From: Nannocystis sp.
GTDB lineage: Bacteria > Myxococcota_A > Polyangia > Nannocystales > Nannocystaceae
Reading direction: 5' to 3' (one strand)
DNA length: 64,000 nucleotides
Assembly (NCBI RefSeq): GCF_016717175.1
Contig: NZ_JADKFZ010000003.1
Below are positions 39,732 to 49,573 of the stretch, in pieces. Position numbers and translations under genes: made by a program. How positions within the stretch are numbered: position 1 is the stretch's first letter; the number at the start of each line of letters is the position of its first letter. The notes beneath the pieces were generated by a model that worked only from the letters and a program-made list of their open reading frames with translations, did not search any database and was not told the DNA's origin.

Positions 39732-42206
39732 TCAGGGGGCCAGCGGCTCTGGCGGGAGGGTGCGGGCGAAGAACTCGACGCGGGCCTGCCACTGCTGGGT
39801 CTCGAGGCGGTGACCGGCCAGCGTGGAGGCGAGGGCGAGCTCGCGGAGGACCTCGCGGGCGCGCGGGTAGTCGCGGGCGCGCACGCAGGCCTCGATCAAC
39901 ATGAGCCGCGCGCTGCGGAGGAGCTCGGGGGTGGCGAGGCCGGGCTGACCTGGCCCCGGGGACAGGCTCAGCTCGAGCTGGTCGCGGGCGTCGGCGCCGT
40001 CACCGACGTTGAGCAGCTGGCGGCCGACGAGGTAGGCGCCGAGGGCTCGCTGGTGCGGGAGGGCGGCGACCTGGAGCGCGGCGTAGAGGCGCAGGACGGC
40101 CTGGCTGGCGTGGTCGGGCTGGGGATCGAAGGGGCTGAAGTAGGCGAGCAGGCGGGGGGCGAGGGCCGGGTCGCCGGCGCCGCGGCGCTTGATCTGCAGG
40201 GTGCGCTGCTGGGCCTCGCCGAGGCCGCGCTCGAGGGCACGGGCGTAGTGGCCGTCGGCGGTGCTGAGGTCGCCGCGGGCGAGGGCGAGGTCGCCGCGGC
40301 GCTCGTCGAGCACGGCGAGGAGGGTGTCGCTGAGCTCGAGGCCGCCGGGCTCGCCGGGGTGGAGGGCGGCGTCGGCGACGGCGTCGAGGGTGCCCGCGGC
40401 GTCGTCGCGGTGGCCGGTCTGGGCCTGGGCGTGGGCGAGGGCGAGGCGGTGCTCGGGCTGCTCGGGCTCGACGCTGCAGAGCTCGCGCAGGGCGCCGAGG
40501 CGGCGCTCGCCGTCGCCGCGGGCCTGGGCGGCGTTGGCCTCGGCGGCGAGGTCGGCGGCCCGGTGGGCGCAGGGGCGCTGGAAGATCGGGCGCTGCTTGT
40601 AGCGCTGACGCAGCGCCTCGATGTCCTTCGGGAGCAGCTCGCGGGCGGCGAGGAAGGCGAGCCACTGCGGCTCGAGCTCGGTGAGGGATGTCCCATAGGC
40701 CAGGTCGAAGTCGCCGGCGCTGCGGTAGAGTTCGCTGAAGGCCGCGACGCCGCGGGTCTCGATGAGCCACAGGGAGAAGGAGCCGGCGGCGGCGTAGGCC
40801 CGGCGCGAGCTCTTCCCCCAGAAGCCGAGGCCCATGATGTCGGCGAGCGGCGGACGCAGGCCGAGGCGCTCGAGGATCGCGGCCTGGTCGTGCAGGTCGA
40901 GGTGGCCCTCGGGGCGCGGGGCGAGGGCGGTGGCGAAGCCCTCGAGCAGGGCGAGGTTGACCCGCGGACCGCCCCAGCCGAGGCGAGCCGGGGCGCCGAA
41001 GACGGGGTCGCCGAAGCCGTACGAGAAGGCGTGGGCGAGCTCGTGGTGCATCACGCGGTGCGGGAAGGGCTGCTCGTTGAGGTAGAGGTGGCCGCGCCAC
41101 GGCGGGGCGACCTCGGTGGTGCCGGCGCCGAGGAGGGCGCGCTTGCTCTCCGGGGTGGGGAACACGAAGCTGTGGATCGGCGGCTCGGGGTGGGCGCCGA
41201 GGCGGGTGGCGAGCAGGTCCCAGGCGAACTCGTGCTCGGCGGCGACCAGCTCGATGTCGCGGGCGGTCTGGGAGCCGGGTGCGTAGTGGATGACGAAGTG
41301 CTCGCTGCGGTGGGTGCCGAGCAGGCTGCGGGCGAGGCTGTCGACGTCGTGATGAAAGCCGTGGTGGCCGGGGCGCAGGCCGAGCGAGGCGGCGCAGGCG
41401 AGGGCGAGGACGCAGCCGGCGAGGCTCCACGGGCGCAGCGCGGGTCGTTGCGGCTGCAGCTCTCCCCGCGAGCGCAGCGTGGGTCGTTGCAGCTGCAGAG
41501 AGGGGCTGACGACGAGGCGGATCAGCAGCAAGGCGGCGGCGCAGGCGAGCAGGTTGTAGCCGCGAAACCACAGGTAGCGCGACGAGATCGGGATGCCCTC
41601 GTCGTAGATCGGGCCGGCGAAGTAGCCGAAGAAGGGGTCGAAGGCGAACACGACGGGGTCGGCGTAGATCCGCCACAGGCCGACGATCAGGCAGAAGAGC
41701 AGGGGGAGCAGGCCGAGGCCGATCTGGCGGCCGCGGCGGGTCGCGAGGAGGCCGCCCCACAGGCCCGCGACCAGGCCGCACAGGCCCGACAGCGCGGGGC
41801 CCATGGCGAAGTAGGCGAGGCCCATCCACGGGTCGCAGTTGGTCTGCCACAGCGGGGCGACGAGGAGGATGGCGAGCGGGATGGCGAGCAGGATCGCGAG
41901 CTCGCGCAGGCCGGCGCGCAGGAGGGCGGGCAGGGGGCCGTCGCTGTTGTCGCTGGCGCCGCGGGCTCGCTCGCTGCGCACAGCGTCGTCGACGAGGCCG
42001 CGGGCTCGCTCGTCGCGCACGGCGTCGACGCCGACGCCGACGGCGAACAGGGCGAGCGGGGCGGTGAGCACGAGGCTGCCCTCGTAGCCGAGGGTGCCGA
42101 CCAGCGGGACCGCGGTGAGGCCGGCGGTGGCGAGCCCGAGCAACCAGCGGCGGCGCAGTCGTGGCGCGCCGAGGTGGCGCCGCAGCAGGGTTCCGGGGCC
42201 GGTCAT
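39732..42206 (-). CDS. Polytopic membrane protein with an HExxH zinc-metalloprotease-like motif and a TPR-like C-terminal region
   Basis: About 8 N-terminal TM segments are followed by …[13 protein letters not shown]…. The C-terminus has a helical repeat region. An internal direct duplication ([23 protein letters not shown]) is at ~41440-41510. Confidence 0.6.
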   Translation of the reverse strand: MTGPGTLLRRHLGAPRLRRRWLLGLATAGLTAVPLVGTLGYEGSLVLTAPLALFAVGVGVDAVRDERARGLVDDAVRSERARGASDNSDGPLPALLRAGLRELAILLAIPLAILLVAPLWQTNCDPWMGLAYFAMGPALSGLCGLVAGLWGGLLATRRGRQIGLGLLPLLFCLIVGLWRIYADPVVFAFDPFFGYFAGPIYDEGIPISSRYLWFRGYNLLACAAALLLIRLVVSPSLQLQRPTLRSRGELQPQRPALRPWSLAGCVLALACAASLGLRPGHHGFHHDVDSLARSLLGTHRSEHFVIHYAPGSQTARDIELVAAEHEFAWDLLATRLGAHPEPPIHSFVFPTPESKRALLGAGTTEVAPPWRGHLYLNEQPFPHRVMHHELAHAFSYGFGDPVFGAPARLGWGGPRVNLALLEGFATALAPRPEGHLDLHDQAAILERLGLRPPLADIMGLGFWGKSSRRAYAAAGSFSLWLIETRGVAAFSELYRSAGDFDLAYGTSLTELEPQWLAFLAARELLPKDIEALRQRYKQRPIFQRPCAHRAADLAAEANAAQARGDGERRLGALRELCSVEPEQPEHRLALAHAQAQTGHRDDAAGTLDAVADAALHPGEPGGLELSDTLLAVLDERRGDLALARGDLSTADGHYARALERGLGEAQQRTLQIKRRGAGDPALAPRLLAYFSPFDPQPDHASQAVLRLYAALQVAALPHQRALGAYLVGRQLLNVGDGADARDQLELSLSPGPGQPGLATPELLRSARLMLIEACVRARDYPRAREVLRELALASTLAGHRLETQQWQARVEFFARTLPPEPLAP

Positions 42207-42229
42207 GGTCGGGCAGTATACGGCCGACG

Positions 42230-43588
42230 ATGCGCTACACGGCCTGGTTTCAATGCATCCGCGGTTGTCCTGGGCGGCACGCGCTGACCGAGGTGATCTA
42301 TCGCTGTCCGGTTTGTGAGGGGCTGCTCGAGGTGGAGCACGATCACGAGGCCCTGCGGGGGCGCGCGCCAGCGGCGTGGATGCGGCTGTTCGATGAGCGT
42401 CACGGTCGCACGCTGTGGCCGTATGGGAGCGGGGTGTGGAGCAAGCTCGAGTGGGTGCTGCCCGAGGTGACGCCCGACAACGTGGTGTCGCTGTTCGAGG
42501 GCAACTCGAACCTGCTGTGGGCCGAGCGCTTCGGTAAGCAGATCGGGCTCGACGACCTGTGGATTAAACAGTGCGGGATCAGCCACACGGGGTCGTTCAA
42601 GGACCTCGGGATGACGGTGCTGGTGTCGGCGGTGAAGCAGGCGATCGCGCTGGGGCGGCCGATCCGGGCGCTGGCCTGCGCGTCGACGGGGGACACCTCG
42701 GCGGCGCTGGCGGCTTACGGGGCGGCCGCGGGGATCCCGGTGATCGTGCTGCTGCCGCGGGGCAAGATCAGCGCGGCGCAGCTGGTCCAGCCGATCGCCA
42801 ACGGGGCGCTGGTGTGCAGCCTCGACACCGACTTCGACGGCTGCATGCGGGTGGTCCAGCGGCTCACGCAGGACCCGCAGATCTACCTCGCCAACTCGAT
42901 GAACAGCCTGCGCGTCGAGGGCCAGAAGACGGTGGCGATCGAGATGGTGCAGCAGTTCGACTGGGCGGTGCCGGACTGGGTGCTGGTGCCGGGCGGGAAC
43001 CTCGGGAACGTGTCGGCGCTGCACCGCGGCTTCGTGCAGATGCAGGCGCTGGGGCTGACGCAGAAGCTGCCGCGCCTGGTGTGCTGTCAGGCGGCCCACG
43101 CGAATCCGCTGTACGAGGCCTACGCGCGCGCGCGGGCGGCTGGACGGGCGTTGACGGAGGGGGACTACGTGGCCCAGGTGGCGCGGCCGACCTTGGCCTC
43201 GGCGATCCAGATCGGGGCGCCGGTGTCCTTGCCGAAGGCGGTGCGGGCGATCGTCGAGTGCGAGGGGATCGTGGAGCAGGCGAGCGAGGCGGAGCTGGCC
43301 GACGCGGCGGCGATGGCCGACCGCACCGGGATGTTCAACTGCCCGCACACGGGGGTGGCGCTGGCGTGTCTGATCAAGCTGGTGCGCGCCGGGACGATCG
43401 ATCGCGCGGCGCGGGTGGTGGTGGTGTCGACGGCGCACGGGCTCAAGTTCACCGAGTTCAAGGCGCGCTACCACGAGGACGCGCTGGGGTTCCCGGCGAG
43501 GTACGCGAACCGGCCGACCTTGCTGCCGGCGGCGCCGGAGCTGGCGGTGGCGGCGTTGCACCGCCTGCTCGACGCGGTGCAGGGGTAG
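42230..43588 (+). CDS. thrC: Threonine synthase
   Basis: It has a zinc-ribbon-like N-terminus ([27 protein letters not shown]) and the PLP-lysine motif …[10 protein letters not shown]…. It has full-length similarity to ThrC. Confidence 0.9.
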   Translation: MRYTAWFQCIRGCPGRHALTEVIYRCPVCEGLLEVEHDHEALRGRAPAAWMRLFDERHGRTLWPYGSGVWSKLEWVLPEVTPDNVVSLFEGNSNLLWAERFGKQIGLDDLWIKQCGISHTGSFKDLGMTVLVSAVKQAIALGRPIRALACASTGDTSAALAAYGAAAGIPVIVLLPRGKISAAQLVQPIANGALVCSLDTDFDGCMRVVQRLTQDPQIYLANSMNSLRVEGQKTVAIEMVQQFDWAVPDWVLVPGGNLGNVSALHRGFVQMQALGLTQKLPRLVCCQAAHANPLYEAYARARAAGRALTEGDYVAQVARPTLASAIQIGAPVSLPKAVRAIVECEGIVEQASEAELADAAAMADRTGMFNCPHTGVALACLIKLVRAGTIDRAARVVVVSTAHGLKFTEFKARYHEDALGFPARYANRPTLLPAAPELAVAALHRLLDAVQG

Positions 43589-43599
43589 CGCGCGGCGCT

Positions 43600-44562
43600 T
43601 CAGGGCTTGCCGGTGCGGCGGGCGACCCAGTCGATCGCGGGCGAGTCGTCGCAGATGCCGCTGAGGTGCGACTGGAGGTTGACGACCTCGTAGCCGAGGT
43701 CGCCGTCGCCGAGCGCTCCGGTCTGGCCCTCGGAGAGCATGAGGTCGGTCTTGAAGGCGGTGAAGTGGAGGTCGAGGAGGGTGGGCACGCCGCAGCAGCC
43801 GTCGCACTCGCACTCGTCGACGGTGATCTGCTCGGTGTCGAACTGGCCGATGACGGCCTGGATCGGGCCGAGCAGGCTGCCGGCGTGGTAGAGCGCGGGC
43901 GAGCCCTCGGGCTCTTCGCTGTCCCAGATCGCGACGCCGACCAGCTCGCAGCCGCCCTTGCTCTTCTGGCGCTCGACGATGATGCGCGGGCAGGCGGGGA
44001 GGTTGCCGGCGGACCAGTCCTTGGGGGCGTCGAGGGTGAAGGTCCAGGGGTCCTCGATCAGACAGTTGCTGTTGCAGGGGCAGCCGTCGAGCGCGTAGAC
44101 GGGGCCGGGGCTGTCGGCCTGGTTCTGGCCGACGAACTCGATGGTGCCGCAGCCGGGGTCCTCCTGGTCGTGGACGAGGGTGGCGTCGATCTCGGGGCCG
44201 TCGGCGCCGCACAGGTTGGCGCCGGTGGTCGTGTCGCCGGTGGTCGTGTCGCCGGTGGTGCCGGAGACGTCGGTGGTGGTGCCGGAGACGTCGGTGGTGG
44301 TGCCGGGGACGTCCGTGGTGGTGCCGGGGGCGGTGCTCGTGTTTGGGCCGGTGGTGCCGGAGTCGGAGTCGGAGGCGGAGGCGCTGCTGGTGGTCGGCGT
44401 CTCGCTGGTGGGCGAGCTGGTGGGCGAGCTGGTGGGCGAGCCGCTGGGGTCGCCGCCGGTGCTGGTGTCGCCGGTGCTCGCGCTGTCGGTGGCGGTGGCG
44501 ACGGTGTCGCCGCCGCAGGCGAGGGTGAGGCCGGGGAGCAGGGCGAGGATAAGTCTGCGCAT
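43600..44562 (-). CDS. Lipoprotein with an S/T/G-rich linker and a Cys-rich C-terminal domain
   Basis: It starts with ATG at 44562 (MRRLILALLPGLTLAC). The linker DNA carries short tandem repeats (TTTDVPG/TTTDVSG). The C-terminal domain has ~12 Cys. Confidence 0.7.
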   Translation of the reverse strand: MRRLILALLPGLTLACGGDTVATATDSASTGDTSTGGDPSGSPTSSPTSSPTSETPTTSSASASDSDSGTTGPNTSTAPGTTTDVPGTTTDVSGTTTDVSGTTGDTTTGDTTTGANLCGADGPEIDATLVHDQEDPGCGTIEFVGQNQADSPGPVYALDGCPCNSNCLIEDPWTFTLDAPKDWSAGNLPACPRIIVERQKSKGGCELVGVAIWDSEEPEGSPALYHAGSLLGPIQAVIGQFDTEQITVDECECDGCCGVPTLLDLHFTAFKTDLMLSEGQTGALGDGDLGYEVVNLQSHLSGICDDSPAIDWVARRTGKP

Positions 44563-44669
44563 GGTCTCAGCGTATCCGCTGGCGCGCGGGTCGGGAAGCC
44601 GTCCGCGCGTGGGCGGGCCGCACCGCCCCGCGGAGGTTTCGCAGGAGAACGTCGTCTTTGCTGGGTGGG

Positions 44670-45950
44670 TCAGGGGGGCGGGAAATACACCCGGACCCGC
44701 GTCTTCTTGCCGGCTTGCAGGCGCAGGTACTCGCCGCTCTGGTCGGCGGCGCTGAGCAGGCGGTTGGGGTCGAGGCAGGCCTCGCCGTTGAGCTTCACGG
44801 CGCCCTGTTCGATGCACTGCTTGGCCTCGCGGCGGGACTTGAAGCCGTCGACGCCGGGGAGGGTGACGAGGTCGACGAGGCGGAGGGTGGTTTGCTCGAG
44901 GCGGTGCTCGGGGACGGCGCTCCAGTCGTTGCCGCCGCCGAAGGCCTGGCGCGCGGCGGTGTGGGCCGTGTCGGCGGCGTCCTGGCCATGGAGCAGGCGG
45001 GTGGCCTCGTAGGCGAGGCGGGCCTTGGCGGCGTTGAGGGCGGCGCCGCCGGCCTGGGTGAGCGCGGCGATCTCGGCGACCGGGAGCTCGGTGAAGATGC
45101 GGAGATACTTGGCGACGTCGCGGTCGTCGCAGCCGACCCAGAACTGGTAGTAGTCGAAGGGGGGCAGGCGCTCCGCGTCGAGCCACACGGCGCCGCGCTC
45201 CGTCTTGCCCATCTTGCGGCCGTCGGCGGTGGTGAGCAGCGGGAGGGTGAGGCAGTGGGCCACGCCGGGCTCGCCCTCGGGGGTCATGCGGCGGATGAGC
45301 TCGATGCCGGCGACCATGTTGCCCCACTGGTCGCTGCCGCCAAACTGCAGGGTGCAGGCGTGGTGGCGAAACAGGTGCAGGAAGTCGTAGGCCTGCAGCA
45401 GCTGGTAGTTGAACTCGAGGAAGCTGAGCGGGATCTCGGCGTCGAGGCGGTCGCGGTAGGTCTTCACGGCGACCATGCGATTGACGGTGAAGTGGCGGCC
45501 GATCTCGCGGAGGAAGTCGATGTAGCGCAGCTGCAGCAGCCAGTCGGCGTTGTTGAGCATGACCGCGTCGTTGCTGGCGCCGCTGTCGAAGTGGAGGAAC
45601 TGCGCGAGCTGGCGCTTGAGCGCGGCGGCGTTGGCCTCGATCTCGGCGGTCGACAGCAGCTTGCGGGCCTCGCTCTTGCCCGACGGGTCGCCGACCATGG
45701 CCGTGCCGCCGCCGACGATCACGATCGGGCGGTGACCGCAGCGCTGAAGGGCGCGCATCGCCATGACCTGGACCAGGTGGCCGACGTGCAGCGAGCTCCC
45801 GGTCGGGTCGTAGCCGACGTAGAAGCTGACCATGCCGGCGTGCATCTCGGCGTCGATCGCGGCGAAGTCGGAGGCCTGCTCGAAGTAGCCGCGCTCGAGG
45901 AAGGTGGCGAGGGCGGTGGAGCGCGGCTGGAGGGCGGGGACGACGGTCAT
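44670..45950 (-). CDS. tyrS: Tyrosine--tRNA ligase
   Basis: It has HIGH (…GYDPTGSSLHVGHLVQ…), KMSKS-like (KMGKTE) and a C-terminal S4 domain. It starts with ATG at 45950. Confidence 0.9.
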   Translation of the reverse strand: MTVVPALQPRSTALATFLERGYFEQASDFAAIDAEMHAGMVSFYVGYDPTGSSLHVGHLVQVMAMRALQRCGHRPIVIVGGGTAMVGDPSGKSEARKLLSTAEIEANAAALKRQLAQFLHFDSGASNDAVMLNNADWLLQLRYIDFLREIGRHFTVNRMVAVKTYRDRLDAEIPLSFLEFNYQLLQAYDFLHLFRHHACTLQFGGSDQWGNMVAGIELIRRMTPEGEPGVAHCLTLPLLTTADGRKMGKTERGAVWLDAERLPPFDYYQFWVGCDDRDVAKYLRIFTELPVAEIAALTQAGGAALNAAKARLAYEATRLLHGQDAADTAHTAARQAFGGGNDWSAVPEHRLEQTTLRLVDLVTLPGVDGFKSRREAKQCIEQGAVKLNGEACLDPNRLLSAADQSGEYLRLQAGKKTRVRVYFPPP

Positions 45951-46098
45951 GGCCGGCGCAGGATAACCCTGCGGGCGCGACGGTGGCCACCAGGGGCGGA
46001 GTTCCGGGCGGGGCGCAGGGCGCAGGGCGGGGGGCGATCGGCGAGGGCGGCGAGCCACGCGGGGGTCAAGCCGCAGCCGCCGAGAGCTGGGGCGGAGC

Positions 46099-46437
46099 TC
46101 AGGGCGGGACGGCGGCGGCGGCGGGTTGCTCGTGCAGGGCGACGAGGCGCTGCTCGTGATCGTCGAGGGCGCGGCGCAGGGTCTCGAGGCGGTCGCCGAC
46201 GCGACGACGGAAGCGCTGGTGGAGGTCCTTCTCGCGGAACAGCTCGTCGGCGAGCTGCATGGCGACGAGCAGGGCGACGCGCTGGAGGCCGGCGCTGTTG
46301 GTGATGCGGCGGCCGCCGGAGAGGACGCGCAGGTGGGCGTCGACGTACTCGGCGAGCTGTTGCACGTAGTCCGCGCCTTCGTCGCTGCGGATGGTCAGCT
46401 GCTGCCCGGCGATCTCGACCTGGACCGATCGTTTCAC
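46099..46437 (-). CDS. zapA: Cell division protein ZapA
   Basis: The 112-aa sequence MKRSVQVEIAGQQLTIRSDEGADYVQQLAEYVD… matches the ZapA family. It is downstream of tyrS. Confidence 0.8.
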   Translation of the reverse strand: MKRSVQVEIAGQQLTIRSDEGADYVQQLAEYVDAHLRVLSGGRRITNSAGLQRVALLVAMQLADELFREKDLHQRFRRRVGDRLETLRRALDDHEQRLVALHEQPAAAAVPP

Positions 46438-46479
46438 GCGGGCACGATATCGCGGGCAGGCGGTGCTGTCACCGGCCGG

Positions 46480-47853
46480 TCAGTCGAGGGCGTGGGGGTT
46501 CATGGCGAGGGCCTGCTCGCGGTGCTTGGCGGCGGTTGCCGTCGACGCGGGGTCGCTGGCGGCGGCGTACACCTCAGCCGCGGCGGCGAACAGGTCGGCG
46601 CTGCGCCACGGGGTAGCGAGGGCCCCGGCGATCGCGTCCCTGGCGTCGCCCTGGCGGCCGGCCTTGAGGTAGGCGCGGGCGAGCGAGATCTTGGCCTCGG
46701 CGTTGGGGCGGGTGCGGTGGTTGTTCTCGGCGAGCTGGACGACGCGGGCGGGGTCGCTGCCGAATTCGAGGAAGTGGGCGAGGGCGTGGCCGTAGGCGGC
46801 CTCGGGGAAGCGCTCGAGCTGGGCCTCGTAGATCTGCCCGGCGCGATCGATCCATACGCGGGCCTCGGCGGGGCGACCGGCCGCGAGGTGGATGCTGGCG
46901 ACGGCGTCCATGAACTCGGGGTTGCCCGTGCGGCGGATGATGTCGGCGTAGGCCGCCAGGGCGGCGTCGGTGTTGCCCTGCAGGGTCAGGATCTCGGCGA
47001 TGTGCTCGTCGATCAGCCAGTAGCCGGCGAGCTCGGCGGCGCCGTCGTTGTAGTGGGCGAGGGCGTCGTCAAGGCGGCCGCGCTCGAGGTCCATCAGGCC
47101 GAGCTGGAGGTGCAGCCAGGCCGAGGGCTCGCCGGATCCCGGGGGCAGCTTGGCGAGGGCCTGGTGGTAGAGATGCTCGGCGTTGAGCAGCTCGCCGGTC
47201 TTCCAGCGGTAGAGCGCGAGGCGGGCGAGGTTGGTGATGTCGGCGTCGCTGGCGAGGGCCTGCTCGAGGCCGATCGCGGCGGCCGGGTAGTCGCCGCGCT
47301 GGAAAGCCAGGTCGGCGCGCTGGACGGCGAGGGCGCGGCGGTCCGTGTCGCGGTGGATAGCGAATTGCTCGATGCGGTCGAGGTCGGCGGCGACGCGGTC
47401 CAGGCGGTGGAGGGTGAAGTTGAGGGCGACGCGGGTGAAGTAGGGGCCGGCGTCATCGCCCGCGATAGCGAAGGCGCGATCGATCTGGGTCTCGGCACTG
47501 GCGTAGTCATTGTAGTCGCCGCTGAGGCGGGCGCGCGTGAGGTAGAGGTCGGCGAGCTGGCCACGCACCAACCAGCCGGTGGGCTGCGCCTCGGCGCGTG
47601 CGAGCACGGCGGTGATCCGGGCGTCGAGCTCGGCGAGGGCGTCGGCGTGCTGCAGCGGCGTCGCGGTGGGCAACGGCTTCGCGGTGGGCAACGACTTCGC
47701 GGTGGGCAACGGCTTCGCGGTGGGCAACGACTTCGCGGCGGCCAGCGGCCTCGCGGGGGTGCTTGCCAGGTCGGTGGGTCTCGCGGGGCGCGATGCTGGC
47801 GGGGCGGAGCAGCTGAGGACGAACAGAGACAGGGCGGCGAGGGATCGCTTCAT
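46480..47853 (-). CDS. Secreted TPR-repeat protein
   Basis: It has a signal peptide (MKRSLAALSLFVLSCSA) from the ATG at 47853. A 21-nt tandem repeat (×4, ~47660-47745) encodes KSLPTAKPLPTA…. TPR-like helices follow. Confidence 0.7.
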   Translation of the reverse strand: MKRSLAALSLFVLSCSAPPASRPARPTDLASTPARPLAAAKSLPTAKPLPTAKSLPTAKPLPTATPLQHADALAELDARITAVLARAEAQPTGWLVRGQLADLYLTRARLSGDYNDYASAETQIDRAFAIAGDDAGPYFTRVALNFTLHRLDRVAADLDRIEQFAIHRDTDRRALAVQRADLAFQRGDYPAAAIGLEQALASDADITNLARLALYRWKTGELLNAEHLYHQALAKLPPGSGEPSAWLHLQLGLMDLERGRLDDALAHYNDGAAELAGYWLIDEHIAEILTLQGNTDAALAAYADIIRRTGNPEFMDAVASIHLAAGRPAEARVWIDRAGQIYEAQLERFPEAAYGHALAHFLEFGSDPARVVQLAENNHRTRPNAEAKISLARAYLKAGRQGDARDAIAGALATPWRSADLFAAAAEVYAAASDPASTATAAKHREQALAMNPHALD

Positions 47854-47934
47854 CGGGGCTGACTCCGGAAACAGCGGCGGCCCGCGAGACGAGGTCGTCG
47901 TGCGGGCCGCGGCGGTGAGCATCGGTGGCGGCGA

Positions 47935-48663
47935 TCAGTGGGGCGAGGCGAGGTAGGGGAATTCCGGCGCGAATTCCTTGTCGTTCTTCGGCGGGTTGAC
48001 CGGGACGTCGGCCAGCGTCGCGGCGGTCTGGCCCGGCGCCGAGAGGTCGAGCATGACCACCGCGAGGGTGATGTCGACGCACGGGTCCGTGAGACGGCGG
48101 CCGTTGGGGAAGCCCGCCTGCTTGCTGATGTCGATCTGCAGGGTATCGGGAACGACCAGCGGGGCGGCCTGCGCGACGCAGGTGTCCTTGGCGCAGGGGA
48201 CCAGCTTGCCGGTCATGAGGTCGTCGTCGAGGGCCGCGTGCAGGCCGACGAGGTTCATGACGATGTCGGGGACGAAGGTGCTGGCCGCGTCGTCGCTCGG
48301 CGTCGACGCGTTGTAGTTGTCCTTGAGCTCCTTCGAGATCACCGCGGTGGCGACGGCCGGCATGCCCATACGGTCGAGCTGGACCAGCTGCTCCGGCGGG
48401 GTCTCGTCGAAGACGAAGGGGTCGTTGGGATCGCCGGTGGGGTCGGTCGGATCGTTGGTAGTGGACGGGTCGTTGGTGGTGGCCCCGTTGGTCGGGTCGG
48501 CGGTCGGGTCGGCGGTGGTCGGGGTGTCGGTCGCCGTGGCGTTGGTGGCCGTGATCGGGCCGCCGGTGCTGGGGTTGTCGGTGTCGCTGCCGTCGTCGCC
48601 ACAGGCGGTGGCGAATGCGGTGGCGAGGACGAGGGACAGGGAGATGCGCTTGAGCGGATGCAT
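47935..48663 (-). CDS. DUF4331-family lipoprotein, C-terminal-type half
   Basis: It has a signal and lipobox (MHPLKRISLSLVLATAFATAC), a T/D/P-rich linker, then LDRMGMPAVATAVISKELKDNYNASTPSDD…, which matches the distal part of DUF4331. The start region overlaps the upstream gene's stop. The alternative start is 48684. Confidence 0.6.
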   Translation of the reverse strand: MHPLKRISLSLVLATAFATACGDDGSDTDNPSTGGPITATNATATDTPTTADPTADPTNGATTNDPSTTNDPTDPTGDPNDPFVFDETPPEQLVQLDRMGMPAVATAVISKELKDNYNASTPSDDAASTFVPDIVMNLVGLHAALDDDLMTGKLVPCAKDTCVAQAAPLVVPDTLQIDISKQAGFPNGRRLTDPCVDITLAVVMLDLSAPGQTAATLADVPVNPPKNDKEFAPEFPYLASPH

Positions 48664-48680
48664 GATCGTGTCCTCCGTGC

Positions 48681-49334
48681 TCACGGCTTGACCCGGGTGG
48701 ACGCCCAGAGGCGGAAGGTCTTGCCGTTGCCGACCAGCGCGTCGGTGCTCATCTCGACGACGATCGCGGTGACGTTGGTCGTGGCGAAGGTGTCGTGCTT
48801 ATTGTCGAAGCTGAGGGTGCCGGTCTGGACGGTCTTGTTGAAGCCGTCGAGGTCGAAGAAGAAGGGGTCGTCGCGCAGGCCGGCGTACACGCGCAGGCCC
48901 ATACCCGCGTCGATGGTGGTCTCGACCGGGCCGGTGACGACCGGCTTGCCGCCCGGGAGGCCGCTGACCTGCACGCCCCAGGCGCCCTTGCTGTTCTTGC
49001 CGAAGCGGATGTGGGCCTCTTGATCGGGCAGGTTGTCGTTGTTGTTGTCGATGTGGATCGTGTAGAGCACGTCGGCGTCGAAGGTCGCGGGCAAGCCGGC
49101 CTCGCCGAAGCCGGCGAAGTCGAGGACGGCGACGACCTTGCCGTCGCCGGTGTGCCAGGCGTACACGTCCGTGATGTCGCCCGCGAGGAAGGCCTTCGTC
49201 TTCGGCGCGTCGACGTGGTCGGCGGCATGGACGGTGTCGGTGAGGAGCGGCATCGCCACAGCGGCGACGAGGCCGAGGGCAAACAGGCCCGCATTCTTGC
49301 GTGTTGTGTTCATTCTTAAACCCCTGATTTTCAA
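48681..49334 (-). CDS. DUF4331-family secreted protein, N-terminal-type half
   Basis: It has a signal peptide, then …HAADHVDAPKTKAFLAGDITDVYAWHTGDGK…, which matches the DUF4331 N-terminal signature (H-x-D-x-P…DITDVYAF). Confidence 0.65.
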   Translation of the reverse strand: MKIRGLRMNTTRKNAGLFALGLVAAVAMPLLTDTVHAADHVDAPKTKAFLAGDITDVYAWHTGDGKVVAVLDFAGFGEAGLPATFDADVLYTIHIDNNNDNLPDQEAHIRFGKNSKGAWGVQVSGLPGGKPVVTGPVETTIDAGMGLRVYAGLRDDPFFFDLDGFNKTVQTGTLSFDNKHDTFATTNVTAIVVEMSTDALVGNGKTFRLWASTRVKP

Positions 49335-49573
49335 ACGCCGCGGGTCAGTCGACCCACGAGCGGCGGTGCGGTACGAGCGTGCCTGCTTCGTGGATCGCTC
49401 GCAAGTCTGGAATTTGCCGCTGAAGCGCCGTGGTGTGTCGGGTGCAGCACGGCGCGAAGGGCACTCGGGGGCGGGCGATGTAGCATCGAGGGCGAGTGAT
49501 TCTTTGCGGAAGGCTGTCGCTTTGTACGGTCGCTGCGATACTCTGTCGCAGCAACCCTACAAGGACTTGACCG

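Noticed and set aside
49335-49573. The 240-bp lower-GC intergenic region, inspected for a tRNA or small RNA
   Set aside because: It has no tRNA T-arm or anticodon-arm signatures (no GTTCGA/TTCGAAT-type motif). It contains only a short AT-richer promoter-like stretch and a 7-bp inverted repeat. This is insufficient to call an RNA gene.
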